A stretch of 64,000 bases of DNA, taken from the IMG/VR virus record IMGVR_UViG_3300023184_000108; one strand, written 5' to 3'. Within the stretch, counting starts at the first letter, position 1. Every line of letters begins with the position of its first letter. Made by a program: the position numbers and the translations under genes. The DNA comes from an uncultured virus (IMG/VR IMGVR_UViG_3300023184_000108). Lineage: Duplodnaviria; Heunggongvirae; Uroviricota; Caudoviricetes. A model generated the notes under the pieces. The model was not told where the DNA came from, did no database searches, and was given only the letters and a program-made list of their open reading frames with translations. This document shows positions 63,718-64,000 of the stretch, in pieces.

Positions 63718-64000
63718 GCGACACAATAATCACCAAAGAGCTTTTAATTGACGCAATGGGTGCTTGTGATGTTGGCCCTACTTTTATTGAAGAAAATAAT
63801 CTTTGGGGTCAACCTGATGAGTCAGTTATTTGCCCCGCACTTAGAGCTGCTGGTTTAAACGATGCTGCAAATTGGTGGCTTAATCAAAAGAAAACAGAAA
63901 AATTTGTTCGTTGCAACGGAAAGGTAATTACCATGACAACCAAATATCAAGTATTTAATCCACTGACTGGTTTGCACGATCAGTACGCAAATGAAGCAGA
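63714..64000 (+). CDS. Hypothetical protein, truncated by window end
   Basis: ATGA overlap with adhesin stop; open frame MSDTIITKELLIDAMGAC.. runs to the end. Confidence 0.55.
   Translation, partial: MSDTIITKELLIDAMGACDVGPTFIEENNLWGQPDESVICPALRAAGLNDAANWWLNQKKTEKFVRCNGKVITMTTKYQVFNPLTGLHDQYANEA

Noticed and set aside
1..64000. Alternative genetic code or stop-codon reassignment
   Set aside because: Standard-code ORFs tile the window densely, and TAA, TAG and TGA all end well-coupled genes

Overview
The window is most of a tailed dsDNA phage genome (Caudoviricetes, podovirus-like gene set), apparently circularly permuted. It has two opposed arms. The + arm (38.5-64 kb, continuing at 1-15.6 kb) carries terminase subunits, portal, a GroES-like chaperonin, scaffold, capsid proteins, a cluster of small basic proteins, head-tail adaptors, tail fibres with a gp38-like adhesin, holin/endolysin, a tail stabilisation protein, ejection proteins and a 2217-aa large polyvalent protein. 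The - arm (38.0 down to 15.6 kb) carries early small ORFs, a MoxR-like AAA plus VWA/metallopeptidase module, VRR-NUC, a family A DNA polymerase (Leu762 type), a Cas4/RecB-like nuclease, an SNF2 helicase, an SSB-like protein and a DUF927 primase-helicase. The control region between the arms (33.7-38.5 kb) contains sigma70-like promoters, two different repeated DNA boxes, a putative iteron/hairpin origin and a G4-prone tract. The most unusual observations are: (1) a probable overprinted 57-aa gene with its own strong Shine-Dalgarno inside the giant polyvalent protein; (2) a family of small basic proteins sharing a GG..ADG.A.RGKT.G tail, plus a hydrophobic-x-x-GG motif that also recurs in the ejection proteins; (3) three candidate structured RNAs, including a kissing-loop element next to an RBS; (4) beta-rich modules inserted into many different virion proteins; (5) an acidic, aromatic-repeat protein that may be a DNA mimic. 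No integrase, tRNA, rRNA or CRISPR array was recognised. All product calls come from motif recognition and gene order by eye; no database searches were run.
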